DNA of 64,000 nucleotides from NCBI GenBank assembly GCA_963668645.2, contig CAXXWC010000021.1, positions 768,001 to 832,000 on the forward strand, read 5' to 3'. Each line of letters opens with the position of its first letter. Positions within the stretch are counted from its first letter, which is position 1. Shown here one piece after another: positions 48,301 to 59,969 of the stretch. This stretch comes from Desulfobacterales bacterium. Lineage in GTDB: Bacteria > Desulfobacterota > Desulfobacteria > Desulfobacterales > UBA2174. Both the position numbers and the translations under genes were made by a program. The notes under the pieces were generated by a model. It was given only the letters and a program-made list of their open reading frames with translations, searched no databases and had not been told where the DNA came from.

Positions 48301-51114
48301 ACAGGCACCTATTATTGGGAGCGCGGTGAAAAACTGGATGTAGTGCTGGCGGAACTCGAAAAGGGGTTGGATTTCAACCGGAAGACCCAAAACCTTCATG
48401 GTGTCGCCCTGATTTCACCCTATTATCAAGTTGTACAGACGTTGATGTCAGACGATGGAGATTTTTTAAACTTCAGCACGGATGGTTTCAGCGAAACGGT
48501 TTTTATAAAGAACAATCTAAAGAATTCGATGGGACTTTGCTTTCTTTATATTTATAAGGCACAATTGGCATTTATCTTCGAGGCCCATAAGGAGGCATAT
48601 GATTTCGGGCAGAAGGCCAGGGCGCTTCTTTACTCCATACCTGGTTTTCTTTCTATCCAAACGGGTGTATTTTATGGGGCTTTAAGCGCCTGTACCGTTC
48701 TGGAACCTGCTGATGAAGGTTTTTCAACGATTTTCGACGATCTCGAACAACTGAAGCAATGGAATGAGGGGGCTCCCGGAAATTTCAGTCATAAAGTGCA
48801 TCTTTTGGAAGCTGAAATTGCGAGAAAAAAAAAGGACATTCCTTTGGCTATTCGATGCTATATAGAAGGGATCGCGGCCTCCAGGCATAACCGTTTCTTG
48901 CATGAAACGGCTATAATTTACGAAAGATTCTCATCTTTTTGGGAGGAACAAGAAAACGAAGAACTATGTGAATATTACGTCAAAGAGGCTTTCCATAATT
49001 ATGATCTTTGGGGGGCAAAAAGAAAATGTAACCAACTTCGACACAAATACCGCAATGTTTATTTTGAAAGTCAAACCCAAAACCTCGATCTGCTAAGCGT
49101 GATCAGATCGCAGAACATCTTGGCCCAGGAAACCAATATCGAAAGTCTGCTGAAACAGATGATGCAGATCCTCCTTGAGGTATCGGGGGCAGAACGCGGA
49201 TTTTTGATTCTGAAAGATAATGCCTGGTCGATTGAGGCGTTTAAAAATATCCAGGGTGAAGAGAGTATTCTGGAAAGCCTTCCCCTGGAAGAGGAGATGC
49301 TGTCGGTAGACATGGTCCACTATGTGATCAGAACCGGTCAAATTGCCGACTTAGAGCAGTTTTCCGGCTACCTTGAAGACGCGTATCTTGATCGGATACA
49401 CCCGCAGTCACTCATCGTTCTACCAGCCGATGTCGGTTCCCGGCTTATTGCCGTTATTTACCTGGAACACAGGCGCATCAAAAATATTTTTACCCTGAAA
49501 AAGCAGGAAATGATCAAGCTGTTGTCAACCCAGGTTGCCATTTCCCTGGACAATGCAAGGATATACAACCAGTTGGAACAACGTATCCAGGAAAGGACCG
49601 AAGAACTGGCGGCCCAGAATGAAGAACTGGCAATCGCACGAAAAAAGGCAGATGAAGCCAATAGGGCCAAGTCCGAATTTTTGGCAAACATGAGTCACGA
49701 ATTACGAACGCCTCTTAATGCGGTCACCGGGTTCAGCGAATTGCTTTCACTGCTGGTATCCGATTCAAAGCAGAAGAGTTATCTGGATGCCATCAAGTCT
49801 GCCGGGCGGAGCCTGTTGACGTTGATCAACGACATTCTCGATCTTTCAAAAATCGAATCCGGAGGGATGGACATTACATATGCGCCGGTCAATCTAAGTT
49901 CGATTTTCATGGAAATTGATCAGATATTCAGCAATGAGATTGATTCCAAAAACCTTGCCTTTTCCATCGCACTTTCGCCGGATCAACCGGAATGGCTCTA
50001 TCTGGACGAAATACGCATAAGGCAGATTCTGCTGAACCTGGTTGGAAATGCCATAAAGTTTACGGAAGATGGTTTTGTGAAAATATCTTCAACGTATGAG
50101 AAAAAGGGTGAAGACAGGGTGCGCCTGATAATTTGTGTTGAAGATAGCGGTATCGGGATTTTTGAAGAAGAGCAGGAAACGATTTTCAAATCCTTTGAGC
50201 AACAGTCCGGTCAGGATGTTGCCAGATATGGTGGTACGGGGCTTGGGCTGACCATAACCAAACGGTTGGTGGAACTCATGGGCGGTGTCATTGCGGTCTC
50301 CAGCACCCCTGGCAAAGGAAGCCGATTCAGCGTTGAATTTCTCGATGTGAAAAAAGCTTTTTCAGAAAAACACCCACTTGAAACAGGTCCGCTCACGTTC
50401 GAGAATGTTCAATTTTCCGAAGCCAGGGTGCTGGTTGTCGATGATATTGAATCGAATCGGGTCCTGCTAAAAGAAATCCTTGTTAAAACGGGTTTGGAGG
50501 TGATAACGGCAGGTAACGGCCAGGAGGCCATATCAATGGCAAAAAAACTCAAGCCCAAACTGATTCTGATGGATATCAGAATGCCGGTTCTCAATGGTTT
50601 TGAGGCTGCCAAACAACTTAAAAAGAATGATGATACATCGCAAATTCCCATTATCGCCTTATCCGCTTCTTCAGCAAAAAACGATAAGACGACGGCGCTT
50701 CGTCACGGATTTGACGGCTTTCTGGCCAAACCGTTTAGTATTGAAAGCCTGATAAAGGAGTTGTCTATACATCTGGAGTACAGAATTTTTGATACAATCC
50801 GTCCTGAACTTCCAGAATTTTTAGATGGTTTATATGTTCAAGATGTCCTCAATTATAAGATATTAAGCCGGCGACTCAAACAGGATATATTGCCTTCTTT
50901 CCAGAGATTGAAAAAAACATTCGTTGCAGGTGATTTTAGAAACCTTGGGAACATGCTGGATGAAATTGGAAAGGAATTTCAGGTCGAAATGCTTTCGGGA
51001 TTTGGTTTGTACATGCTTAAAGTATTTAGTGTGTTTGATATTCATGAAATGGATGAATGTTTGGTTAGATATTCTGAAATAATTAAAAAATTAATCGTTG
51101 ACTCGGAGAATTAA
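45349..51114 (+). CDS. Multidomain sensor: Ser/Thr-kinase-like, AAA, helical, GAF, histidine kinase, receiver
   Basis: APE/SDYYSFG kinase motifs, [42 protein letters not shown]. Confidence 0.92.
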   Translation: MKIGRFEISKVLQKEGYKIVYLVLAEKMAFFLHEYSEPELADHEFLFSEYISSNAVDQFVEKFVNNGKTILVQEYTEGISAELYFSENRPLLEKIDFAKSILSILKEIHSKGIIYNNLSLKTITIGPHGDPMLHNFVSATIAGEDRTSIYRQILNPHFVAPERTERVEGITSAASDYYSFGVLLYWLLTGKLPFESDNLSHLISLHVAKQPVPPVSVESKISKGLSEIVEKLLEKDKSDRYKSIDGILFDLEHYNDPGFKLSSQDMDLKFRVTDKIYGRELEIGLLKAAVKELADGKGRLVTIAGYSGVGKSTIVSEFQKKVAPVACRLISGKFQQYKRDIPYFAIVEAFNTLFDMLLLSEQTVLDDFCQLFTESIGEQGLILTSIFPKLESIVGKQAPVDKLVGEEAENRFNYFFLKLINMVATEDRPLTLFLDDLQWTDLVSLNVLRAILQNGPSFLLVILAYRSNEVDQHHPLQQFLDEAGKYNVFHRKMVVRDLEPDDVSMLIEDSLGYRDSKLSHIVFYKTHGNAFFVHQLLKGLADQSYFHRDVKNKIWTIDTDKVSDLQVSSNVVDFMQTRLKRLPRETTDLMRIIGAVGHHVSLDVLSVVTGIRKDHISKVLKLPFEDGLLYYQQDHVYFTHDKIEQACYQLNRIDRLPELHFNIAKTLMHHELSRSLDELFNLVAHLDKAFDLIHEDHEKYIEIYMKAAVKSKEISAYGEFLVYVRQAMALLQDSVPDLMRSEVYQEYHIALYLNSLFEEADEFFYEKLAGCQDFMDLKENYFSKVSQDSMRRRYKEATVFGMSILKKMGIELRIDPQAEDLAHELNEVEALFAKAGIKKISELRNIERKNIHEMEFICELILAMVPAAFFYQPTVACLLIFTTLKLAVQNGVFEAMGYPLSVASTPFILIRNDYLTGYEYAEYALQIAANNKRSLGNAKHLFILFCWHWSRSIKDDTAIEIAREAHHLLMQGGDIQMAGYTYYNTGTYYWERGEKLDVVLAELEKGLDFNRKTQNLHGVALISPYYQVVQTLMSDDGDFLNFSTDGFSETVFIKNNLKNSMGLCFLYIYKAQLAFIFEAHKEAYDFGQKARALLYSIPGFLSIQTGVFYGALSACTVLEPADEGFSTIFDDLEQLKQWNEGAPGNFSHKVHLLEAEIARKKKDIPLAIRCYIEGIAASRHNRFLHETAIIYERFSSFWEEQENEELCEYYVKEAFHNYDLWGAKRKCNQLRHKYRNVYFESQTQNLDLLSVIRSQNILAQETNIESLLKQMMQILLEVSGAERGFLILKDNAWSIEAFKNIQGEESILESLPLEEEMLSVDMVHYVIRTGQIADLEQFSGYLEDAYLDRIHPQSLIVLPADVGSRLIAVIYLEHRRIKNIFTLKKQEMIKLLSTQVAISLDNARIYNQLEQRIQERTEELAAQNEELAIARKKADEANRAKSEFLANMSHELRTPLNAVTGFSELLSLLVSDSKQKSYLDAIKSAGRSLLTLINDILDLSKIESGGMDITYAPVNLSSIFMEIDQIFSNEIDSKNLAFSIALSPDQPEWLYLDEIRIRQILLNLVGNAIKFTEDGFVKISSTYEKKGEDRVRLIICVEDSGIGIFEEEQETIFKSFEQQSGQDVARYGGTGLGLTITKRLVELMGGVIAVSSTPGKGSRFSVEFLDVKKAFSEKHPLETGPLTFENVQFSEARVLVVDDIESNRVLLKEILVKTGLEVITAGNGQEAISMAKKLKPKLILMDIRMPVLNGFEAAKQLKKNDDTSQIPIIALSASSAKNDKTTALRHGFDGFLAKPFSIESLIKELSIHLEYRIFDTIRPELPEFLDGLYVQDVLNYKILSRRLKQDILPSFQRLKKTFVAGDFRNLGNMLDEIGKEFQVEMLSGFGLYMLKVFSVFDIHEMDECLVRYSEIIKKLIVDSEN

Positions 51115-51115
51115 A

Positions 51116-51688
51116 GTGTCCCAGAAAAACCAGATAATATTGATCGTTGATGACAATTCTAAAAACATACAGTTTTTAGGGAATTTGTTGACAGCACAGG
51201 GCTATGAAATTGGCGTTGCCCGGAATGGTGTTGAAGCGCTGACCTTTATAGAGGACATCATTCCAGATCTCATTTTATTGGATATCATGATGCCTGAAAT
51301 GGACGGCTATCAGGTTTGCATAAAGCTGAAAAGCAATTTGTCTTTTAGCCATGTACCTGTTATCTTTTTAACTGCAAAATCACAAAGTGACGATATCGTA
51401 AAGGGATTTGAAGTCGGCGGATCGGATTATGTCACCAAACCGTTCATCGCTGCTGAACTAATGGCAAGGATTAAGACTCATTTGGAAGTAAAACAATTGA
51501 GACATCTTCTTCCGATCTGTTCATTTTGCAAAAAAGTCAAGGAAGAAGATGGGTCCTGGAGCCGATTGGAAGACTATATCGATTCTCATACAGAGTCTAA
51601 ATTTTCACATAGTATCTGTAAGGCATGTGGTGAAAAATATTATCCCGGAGTAAATCTTTATGACGATGATGAAGATAATCATGAATAA
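51116..51688 (+). CDS. Response regulator with C-terminal 4-Cys domain
   Basis: ILIVDD, LLDIMMP, DYVTKPF; LPICSFCKKV..FSHSICKAC. Confidence 0.9.
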   Translation: MSQKNQIILIVDDNSKNIQFLGNLLTAQGYEIGVARNGVEALTFIEDIIPDLILLDIMMPEMDGYQVCIKLKSNLSFSHVPVIFLTAKSQSDDIVKGFEVGGSDYVTKPFIAAELMARIKTHLEVKQLRHLLPICSFCKKVKEEDGSWSRLEDYIDSHTESKFSHSICKACGEKYYPGVNLYDDDEDNHE

Positions 51689-51858
51689 TTGCTACAATTT
51701 CTTCCGGCTATGCAGAAAACTGATGGTTGTTTGATAGTTATCAAGGAATAAGTATCGTCGAGATTAAACCGGTGGCTGGGCTTGGGGTGGTTTTAAGCGC
51801 ACTTCCAGTAAACCGGCCTTCGTCCGGCATGCATCTGCTGCTTATCCGCTGTGTTTTC

Positions 51859-53437
51859 GTAAGCGTTCACGGGGTAAGGGAAACCGTGGTCTGAGCTATA
51901 TCCAAGACAGATCGGGCTTGTCGTTGTTGAAGAACGATTCGATGCAGAGTTCCAGGGTCTGGAAGGTTGATTTCGCTTTTAACCGACAAGTTTCCTTCAG
52001 GGAGAGGATACGTTCTACCCAGCGATTTCCTTTTTCACTTTGGGTGCCGAGGCTGCGCTTTCGCCACAAAACCCCGAAGCGAAGCGCCCGTTCGGCCCGG
52101 TTGTTGGTCGGCTCCACGCCCTCGTGTTCGATGAAGAACCAAAGCGAGTCGATTTCGCGTAAAATCTGTCGAGCCAGCTGGCCAGCGTCGAATTTATCGG
52201 GCTCCCACAGAGACAGCGCGAACAACAGTTGTGCGTAATACTGCTGCCATTGTCGCGGCGGCGGTGGATCTTTGGCAGATTGAATCAACTGCCGAAGCAA
52301 GGATGCCATGATGTGCCCGAAGCGTCGTAGATCAGGTTTTTTCCTCTCGCACAAGGCATCGGCCTTGCGGATCAGATGGGCAAGACAAGTTTGGCGCCCA
52401 TGAACCCAGTTTCGGTATAGGCCGTAGGAGTCGCTGACCAGAATTCCTCGCCAATCCTGGATCAGCTGGTTGAAGGCATCCTTGGAACGGTGGGCATCGA
52501 TACGATAGAAGGCCACCCGATCATTGACCATGGCCCACAGCCACTGAAGGCCGTTTTGGTTAAACCAGGACGTCTCGTCAATGTAATTGCACAGCGAACT
52601 GCGGGCCACGTCCCCGATGGCTTTGTATGCCGGAGTAATGGCCTCCGAAGCCCGGTCGACGATTTTCTGAATGGTGCCCGTGGCGATGGGCATACGCAGA
52701 ACCGATTCGCATATATGCTTGACATCGTTTCGGCTCATCGCCTTGATGCCGCTCAACTCGGCGATCAACGCACTCAATCGCGGACCGTATCCATAGCGAA
52801 CCGGCTCGGGCAGCACGGCCTTGACAGTTTTCCCACAGCTGGGACAGTCGCAGCGGTGAAGTATAAAATGGCTGATCTCCATTTGGATTTCGGGCAGCTC
52901 GATATGCTGATGGGTATAAAACGGTTCCATCCGGCTTCCTCCGAAGTCGGTGTTGCCGCAACGACAGCGTTCGGGCATCAACGCATGAGATTTATTTGGA
53001 CTCAGCATTTGCTGCTTGTAGGCCTTATGGCCTTTCTGGCCGCCCTTGGGGCGACTTCCTTTTTTTCCATTCTTCCGGCCGGATCGGTCAAACGGGCTGT
53101 CGGATGACGGCGGCTTGCTGGAGTTTCGAGAATTTTCCCGGGTCTTCACCTCCAGCTTTTCGATTCGCTTGCCGTAATCGTCAACTTGCTTCTGCAGATT
53201 ATGCAAAGCCTGCTCGAGGTAAAGGATATAGTGCCGGACAGGTTCCGGCGTAAGATGCCATTCAAGGTCTGTGAAGGGTCTTTTCGTCTCCATGGAAAAG
53301 AGCCTATCACACTAGAAAACGAATGTCTAGATTTTTTTAACAATTTCAATACTTTATGTCATAATGTATCTTTCTCTTGTGAATTCAGCATGTTAGACTT
53401 CGGAATTGTAACTCCGGGATACCCCGTGAACGCTTAC
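51859..53437 (-). mobile_element. IS66-family element (single-ORF, ISBst12-type organisation)
   Basis: Perfect 18-bp terminal IR GTAAGCGTTCACGGGGTA; 8-bp TSD GTGTTTTC at 51851-51858 and 53438-53445. Confidence 0.93.
51896..53293 (-). CDS. IS66-family transposase
   Basis: NSSKPPSSD, zinc ribbon, IDETSW, LVSD, CLAHL, TNNRAERALR. Confidence 0.93.
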   Translation of the reverse strand: METKRPFTDLEWHLTPEPVRHYILYLEQALHNLQKQVDDYGKRIEKLEVKTRENSRNSSKPPSSDSPFDRSGRKNGKKGSRPKGGQKGHKAYKQQMLSPNKSHALMPERCRCGNTDFGGSRMEPFYTHQHIELPEIQMEISHFILHRCDCPSCGKTVKAVLPEPVRYGYGPRLSALIAELSGIKAMSRNDVKHICESVLRMPIATGTIQKIVDRASEAITPAYKAIGDVARSSLCNYIDETSWFNQNGLQWLWAMVNDRVAFYRIDAHRSKDAFNQLIQDWRGILVSDSYGLYRNWVHGRQTCLAHLIRKADALCERKKPDLRRFGHIMASLLRQLIQSAKDPPPPRQWQQYYAQLLFALSLWEPDKFDAGQLARQILREIDSLWFFIEHEGVEPTNNRAERALRFGVLWRKRSLGTQSEKGNRWVERILSLKETCRLKAKSTFQTLELCIESFFNNDKPDLSWI

Positions 53438-53641
53438 GTGTTTTCAACCTCAGTATAAAACGCCGATGCCCGCCGGCCCTTTGCGCCGTTTGCGAAATCA
53501 ACACGATCTGTCCTGGCTACTGCCCCAGCAGGCTCTACTATAACCGAAACCACAATCCGGCTCCGGCATGCGAATTGTATCGGACGCTTTACCGGATGGC
53601 GATGCGGCCCCCCCCGGTTTTGGTCGTCCCGCTTTCCTGTG

Positions 53642-54922
53642 CTATTTGGGATCTGACAACAATTCCATCGCTTTTTCTATTTGAGGATCATTCTTGCCGC
53701 GATATGCCAAAGGAAAAGGCACTTCCACATCCGGGACAACGCCTTTGCCTTCGAGCACTTCTCCATCGATACGAGCACTCTCTACCGCCAGATACAGCAG
53801 ACTTCCATCGCTTAATAAAAACGGCCTTCCTCCGACGACCGCCCCTGCGGTTGTAGTGCCGACGACCTTTCCGGTTCCAAACCTTTTGAATCCGTGGGCA
53901 AGAATCTCCTTTCCGCTCCTTGTGCCTTGATTTACGAGCATGACAACGGGTTTTCTCCATTGAAAATCAACAGGCGACTCTTTGCCATCCCTGGCGATCC
54001 TCGTCATGACAGGCACGTTTTTATTGAAAAGGTTGAGATAATTCGGGTTGGCGCCTCCCCAACCGTCTCGCAAGTCTAAAATGAGCGCGTCTGCATCCTT
54101 GAATTTTCCGAAAGCAATTTCATCCTGCAATAATTGTTGATAAATCTCACCCGCATAAGACCATAGATGGACATAGGCGATTTTCACCTTTTTCCTTTCC
54201 ATAATCGTCATGCTTTGCTTCACCGCCTGATAGAACTGTATTCCGGGTTCGATATCCTGAGGGATAACCTGAATAGTCTCTATATCTGCAGGTATTCGGG
54301 AATATTGAACTTTTATGGCGACTTGGTTCCCGGAATGATTCAGAAAAGATTTTACGGGGTGATAAGAAGAACCGTTTACCGAGATAATGCGATATCCGGC
54401 CTTGAGCCCGGCCTCATATGCCGGGCTTCCTTCCAAAACGCCTTTGATAAAAGTGTTGCCATCAAATGTTTCGGTGAAAATGCCGATACCGGGGCAGGAT
54501 ATTCTATTTTTCGGGAACATCCTCCGTTTTCGAATTTCTTTGCCAAGAGGACTGTTTTTAAAAATATCCAACAGCTGATAATATTCTCGATCATATCTTG
54601 TGTAGAAAGCAGTGTGAGACGTATTCAACTCAGAGAGCATTTTATTGATGATCGGTGCAGCGTTTTCTACGGACTCGACCGCCTTGACCAATGGCGCATA
54701 CTTATTTCTGGTTGCACTCCAGTTCAACCCATTAAAACCCGGATCATAAAAGTTGTCAGATACGATTTTCCATACTTCCTTGAATATTGAAAGTGGCGAT
54801 ACTCCTTTAGAATCTACATCTCCTCCAATCGCCGGAAGTGGAACTGTATTTATCAGCATCAGGACAATCAATATTTTTACTTTCAGATTGTATGGATCTC
54901 TCATTTGTTTCTCCTTTGACAT
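53642..54922 (-). CDS. S41-family (tail-specific) peptidase with PDZ domain
   Basis: Signal peptide, GIGI..GSPAYEAGL PDZ, LILDLRDGWGG, TRSGKE, LEGKGVVPD. Confidence 0.88.
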   Translation of the reverse strand: MSKEKQMRDPYNLKVKILIVLMLINTVPLPAIGGDVDSKGVSPLSIFKEVWKIVSDNFYDPGFNGLNWSATRNKYAPLVKAVESVENAAPIINKMLSELNTSHTAFYTRYDREYYQLLDIFKNSPLGKEIRKRRMFPKNRISCPGIGIFTETFDGNTFIKGVLEGSPAYEAGLKAGYRIISVNGSSYHPVKSFLNHSGNQVAIKVQYSRIPADIETIQVIPQDIEPGIQFYQAVKQSMTIMERKKVKIAYVHLWSYAGEIYQQLLQDEIAFGKFKDADALILDLRDGWGGANPNYLNLFNKNVPVMTRIARDGKESPVDFQWRKPVVMLVNQGTRSGKEILAHGFKRFGTGKVVGTTTAGAVVGGRPFLLSDGSLLYLAVESARIDGEVLEGKGVVPDVEVPFPLAYRGKNDPQIEKAMELLSDPK

Positions 54923-55041
54923 CCATTTGCCTCAAAAACACATTTCAGATCGATACTGGATACCAGCCTAATTCCAATTTGCGACCGGATGATTTCTAAA
55001 TATTGTTTAACTATTCTGTTTAATTGTATTTTACTAAATTT

Positions 55042-55551
55042 TTACCATCGGCTTGAACACAAATTGGAATAAGTATCGATGAAGACTTTTTTCATAGGAT
55101 AAGCAGTAACTCCGAAGCATTCTACCGGGCCGCCGGACAGCCGATAACCATGATGAAGATAAAACTGTTGAGCGGTTTTCGTGCTTTCGAGGGTTATTTC
55201 CCGGATGCCATTGTCGATGGCAACCGTCTCGATGTAATCAAGAAGATAAGCGCCGACATGTTTACCGACAAACTCCGGGTGGACATATAAGGCCCTCAAT
55301 ATACCGTCAAAGCCGAACATACAGACGCCAACGACCTGACCATCCATTAATGCAAGATTCCATATCAATGAAGAATCGGCAATGGCCCCCATCAATGATT
55401 CAGGCGTCTTGTTGGCAAGCCAATTTTTTATGATTTCAGGGTCGCCATGGTGATCTTGACAGCACAACTCCCTGATGGAACGACACCACATGTATGCAAG
55501 AGATTCAACATGAGTTTTTTCGGGTTTTACGATTTGGAATTTTAGCGCCAT
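55042..55551 (-). CDS. GNAT-family N-acetyltransferase
   Basis: LYVHPEFVGKHVG, AQQFYLHHGY. Confidence 0.85.
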   Translation of the reverse strand: MALKFQIVKPEKTHVESLAYMWCRSIRELCCQDHHGDPEIIKNWLANKTPESLMGAIADSSLIWNLALMDGQVVGVCMFGFDGILRALYVHPEFVGKHVGAYLLDYIETVAIDNGIREITLESTKTAQQFYLHHGYRLSGGPVECFGVTAYPMKKVFIDTYSNLCSSRW

Positions 55552-55826
55552 TATGCTTATCCCCTATAGGTGTCGGTACCATTCCATTCAATTTGCGGGT
55601 TCCTGAGGTCGGACGTGGCGGTACCGTATCCAGATAACGAGCATTTAATGCTCGGAAAATTGGATTGTAAATTTGCCAAGTATTTTTTCCAGAATTGCAT
55701 TGGCCATAGCCATCTTTCATGACCGCTGAAGCGGGTATCTCATCGGATCCATCGAATTGCTCATTCCATCTGTTGGGCTGCATCTTTACTCCATTGACCT
55801 CTTCGTAACAAACGCAAAGAAACTAC

Positions 55827-58570
55827 CTATGGAACCACAAAACGGTTGGATTCTGTAAAATCAGTATGTTATCCGATTATTTTTGCCATACTTGATCATA
55901 TTTTGCGATTCTCAAGGAGCCTGTGCTTTCGTTTTCCGGGGTGTCGGCTTTGCGTCTAACTCATAGAAAACACATGTAATGATTGTCATTTACGATAGAT
56001 GGCTATCCTCTTTTTCGTTCTTGTCAAATCGTCCATTTCTTGATAATGTATTGCATATATGCCCGGTTGCGGCGATAACCTGCAATACTTTATCGGGAGG
56101 GCGATATGGATGGTTCGACCGAGGTTTCCCAGCGTCTCGCGGTCCTGTTCAAGCAGCATCCATGCTGGATGATCGGGCCGCTGAGCCAACAGATGGACTA
56201 CTCGATTCCATCAACCCGGCGATTTCTGGCCCAGAACGGCTACTACAGCAGTTTTACGCACAACGGACGATGGTATACCCTGCGTTCGATTCCTCGCTTT
56301 TCGCGCGAAGGACTGTGGTTTTACCACGACATCGGCTTTTCCCGGGCCGGCAGTCTGACCCGTACGCTGGTGGCCCTGATCGATGCCAGTCTGGCAGGGA
56401 TGAGCGCCGAAGCGCTCGGCCAAAAGTTGCGCTGCCGTTGTCATTCGGTTCTGGTCGGGTTGTACCGCCGCGGTCTTGTCCAGCGCCAGCGCCAGGGACG
56501 CGCGAACGTTTACCTGGCCAGCAATGCCAGGACCGCCGAGGCGCAACGTCGTGTCCTGGAAGCGCCCGTGGCGGCGGTGCTGCCAGCCGAGATTGCAGTG
56601 ATGGTGCTGGCCGAATTCATCCGCAAGCCGTCAGCCGAGCCGGCCGAGTTGGCCCGCCGGGTGTCGGCCCGGGCCGCCGTGCGCATCAAGGCCGACCAGA
56701 TCCGGGCGCTGTTTGCGCAGCACGGTTTAAAAAAAATGCTGCCGTTGCGGCCATCGGCCTCCTGAGCCGCCTCAACGAACAACTGCACCAGGAGGTGCGC
56801 CCGTCGGCGTTGTTCGCGCAGCCGCCGGTGGTCGATTTTCGCTACCCGCACCGGCAGTGCTCCTGCGGCGGTGCCTTGAAAGTCCAAAAGACACAAACCA
56901 AGCGCGTGGTCAGTCTTTCGGTCACCTATATCGCCCGCCGGACCGTGCAACGCTGTACCCGTTGTGGCCGTGTCTGGGAAGATCCGGCCCTGCGTCAGCG
57001 GGTGGCGCATCGTTGCAATACCGCTTGGGACGTGCTGGTCTTTGTCGGCCGTCGCCTGTTCGAGGACTGCCACAGTGTCGGGCAGGTTCGCAACGAGCTG
57101 CTGGCCCGCGATGTGGTGCTGTCCGATTCTCAAATCACCAAACTCGGCCGCAAGTTTATCCTCTTGCTGGCTCTGGCCCATCGGCGCGCCACCCCGCGCA
57201 TCAAGCAGGCCATGGCCAGAAGCGGCGGCTATATCCTGCATCTGGATGCCGTGCATCAAGAAGATGCGCCCGCTCTGATGTCAGGCATCGACGCTCTGAG
57301 CCGCCTGGTGTTGGCCAATGTCAAGGTGCCCAGTGAACACGCCGCTCAGATCATCCCGTTTTTGGAAAAGATCAAAGACGACTATGGCGATCCGATCGCC
57401 TGTGTGCATGACATGGGCACAGGCATCTGCAAGGCGGTCGGGGCCGTGTTCCCCACAAGCAAAGACTTTGTCTGCCACTTTCATTTCTTGCGCGATGCGG
57501 GCAAAGACCTGATCGAGCCGGCCTACCGCGAGCTTCGTGGCTGCCTGCGTCGCCATGCGTTCAGCACCCGGTTCCGTGCGTTGGCCCGCCACGCCCGTCG
57601 GTTACTGGCCGAGCCGAACGCCCTGGCGATGTATCTGGCGGGCACCCAAACGGCTGCCGATTTGAGTCTCACGACCCCTGCGGCGGTCTATGCACTATCG
57701 CTGTGGAGCTTGCAGGCCAAACACTGCGGCGATGGCTACGGCTTTCCTTTCGATCGCCCCTTGCTGGTACTGGCCGAACGGCTTATGATCCTGCTCGATT
57801 GCCTGCCGCGCCTGCTACAGACACTTCCCGGCGACAACGTGGCCGGCAGCCGCTTGTTTGTCCACCTGGCACGAAAGGTGATGGATGTCGTCGCCGATCC
57901 GGTCTTCGAAAAAAGCCTCGACTCGTTACGCTGGCGTTGCCGGCTCTTTGATCAGCTTCGCCAAGCCATGCGCATCGCACCTTCCGGAGGCCGAGACGGC
58001 CTCAACGATGATGGTGCCGCACCCGCGATGGAAAGTATCCGCCAGAGCGTTGGCCAATTCCGTCACCGTCTCGATGCCGAAGCAAAGCTGGCAGCCGATC
58101 CGCTGTGCCGCAAACTGGCCGAACAGATCGACAAGTATCACGACAAACTGTTTGCCGACCCGATTGACGTGCAGACCCCTTCGGGGCCGCAGGTGGTTTA
58201 TCCCCAGCGGACCAACAACATCCTGGAACAGTTCTTTCGCAGCTTGCGCCGGGATCATCGCCGCCGTACCGGCGATAATCGCATGCACCGCGCGTTGCAA
58301 ACCATGCTGGCCGATACCCCGTTGGTGAAAAATCTGTCCAACCCCGACTACATGAAAATCCTGCTCGACGGCCGGCCCAATATCGAAGCCCTGTTTGCTG
58401 ATTTGGATCGAACCTCGGCTTCCGAGGAGCTGATACCGGCCGCGGATGCCGATCGCATTCTGCCTGGTTTTAAAGCACTGACAAAAATACCGGATCTTCC
58501 CGTTCGAATCTCACAGCGCGCTTCTGCGGCTTTATCCGGGGCAAAATCCAACCAAATTGTGTGGCCATAG
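55827..58570 (+). mobile_element. ~2.74-kb insertion sequence with large frameshifted DDE transposase
   Basis: Imperfect 29-bp terminal IR (CTATGG..GGTTGGATT, 22/29 by hand); 8-bp TSD GAAACTAC at 55819-55826 and 58571-58578. Confidence 0.85.
56106..58570 (+). CDS. Transposase, OrfA (56106-56765) fused to OrfB by a probable -1 frameshift at 56726-56736
   Basis: TTTAAAAAAAA slippery run at the junction; OrfB has CxC..CxxC, LHLD, VHDMG, CHFH, TNNILE (IS256/Mutator-like DDE). Confidence 0.75.
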
Positions 58571-58901
58571 GAAACTACCATGTTCACTTGGGATTGCGGC
58601 GATTTCTTTCACGCCAGGAGTCTTGACCAGCTTAGGGATACGCAAACCGTTGTATTCCAATAAGCCTGCCCAATGGAGCGGTGTCTGTCAAGGTAGATGT
58701 CGCCTTTTTTGGAAAAACATTCTCAAAGCTGGCGGCCATGTTCCACATCATCTGCGCGGTAGCCTCCAGCCTTGGCAATGTCAAGGGTCAAGATGAACGC
58801 TGCGCGCCCTTGACATTGCCAAGGCTTCCGGCTCGTGGGCTCATATCGAGATGATTGGCATCATCTCGATTTTTCAATCGCTCTTTGAAAATCATTTCTC
58901 A

Positions 58902-59969
58902 TCACGCGGCCTTTGAACAAGCCGATACGTTGGGTTGTCCGTTGTCCGGGCAGTTCAGCCAGACTTGCCGGATCGGTTCCCAGTTGCGCGTTGAGCCGCT
59001 CCACCGATCGTGCCGACGTTTTTTGGCCTGTTCATAGATCTGGTGGCGACTGGCAAGGATCTCGATGTCTTTTCCCGTATGACGCTGGTCGGGGGTGACA
59101 TATCGAATCGCGCTGTGGCGGTGTTGCTCGTTGTACCATTTAACGAAACGGTCCACCCACTGCCGGGAGGCTTCAATGCTTTCAAATCCCTTGACCGGAT
59201 ATTGCGGACGATATTTGAAGGTGCGAAACAGCGCTTCCGAGTAAGGGTTGTCATTGCTCACTCTCGGCCGGCTGTAGGACGGGGTTACACCCAGCGCCTC
59301 CATTTTCGCTTTCATGGTAAAGCCCTTTTGAGCACTCCCATTGTCTGCATGCAGCACGGGCGGATCAAGCAGGCACCCCTGGGCCATAACCGCCTTGTGA
59401 AGCAACGATGCGGCAAGGTTGGCGCTTTCCATCGGTTGGACTTCCCAACCGACGATTTTCCGGCTGTAAACATCCACAATCATGTACAGGTAATAGAACA
59501 TGCCCCGGATTGGTGATGGCAGCCACGTTATATCCCAACTCCAGACCTGATTCGGCCCTGTGGCGCAATAGCCCGCTGGGCGCTTATGGTGATGCGGTTT
59601 GGCACTCCTGCCGCGGTGATGTTGTTCATCGGCGTCACGAAGGATCCGGTAAAAACTCGATTCGGACGCGATATAGATACCCTGATCGGCCAGGATGGGC
59701 ACGATCTGGCCTGGGGCCAGACTGGCATATTCAGGCTGGTGACAGACATCCAGAACTTGCTGCCTTTCTTTTAGTGTCAGTTTATTTGCCGGTTCCGGCC
59801 GCGCGATGGTCGAACGGGTGTCCGGTTGGACTTCTCCGCTTCGGGTCCAGCGCTGGTAGGTTCGGATACTGATATCAATTACCCGACAGGCCTGCGCCAA
59901 GCGGGCACCATCGCGGCACGCGTCATTGATCAGCGATACAGTTTTACGGCGATCAGCGGTGCTGATCAT
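58902..59969 (-). CDS. IS3-family transposase OrfB (rve DDE)
   Basis: WSWDIT, DVYSRKIVGW, LHADNGS, SNDNPYSEALFRTFK. Confidence 0.92.
   Translation of the reverse strand: MISTADRRKTVSLINDACRDGARLAQACRVIDISIRTYQRWTRSGEVQPDTRSTIARPEPANKLTLKERQQVLDVCHQPEYASLAPGQIVPILADQGIYIASESSFYRILRDADEQHHRGRSAKPHHHKRPAGYCATGPNQVWSWDITWLPSPIRGMFYYLYMIVDVYSRKIVGWEVQPMESANLAASLLHKAVMAQGCLLDPPVLHADNGSAQKGFTMKAKMEALGVTPSYSRPRVSNDNPYSEALFRTFKYRPQYPVKGFESIEASRQWVDRFVKWYNEQHRHSAIRYVTPDQRHTGKDIEILASRHQIYEQAKKRRHDRWSGSTRNWEPIRQVWLNCPDNGQPNVSACSKAA

Noticed and set aside
55505..55783. 92-aa ORF with ASAVMKDGYGQCN (transglutaminase-like fragment)
   Set aside because: Only a short motif resemblance, and it overlaps the GNAT gene; probably a decayed fragment.
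55979..56720. N-terminal part of the 863-aa ORF as real coding sequence
   Set aside because: Low-complexity Arg/Pro/Gly shadow of the overlapping OrfA (56106-56765); transposase motifs start only after the slippery site.
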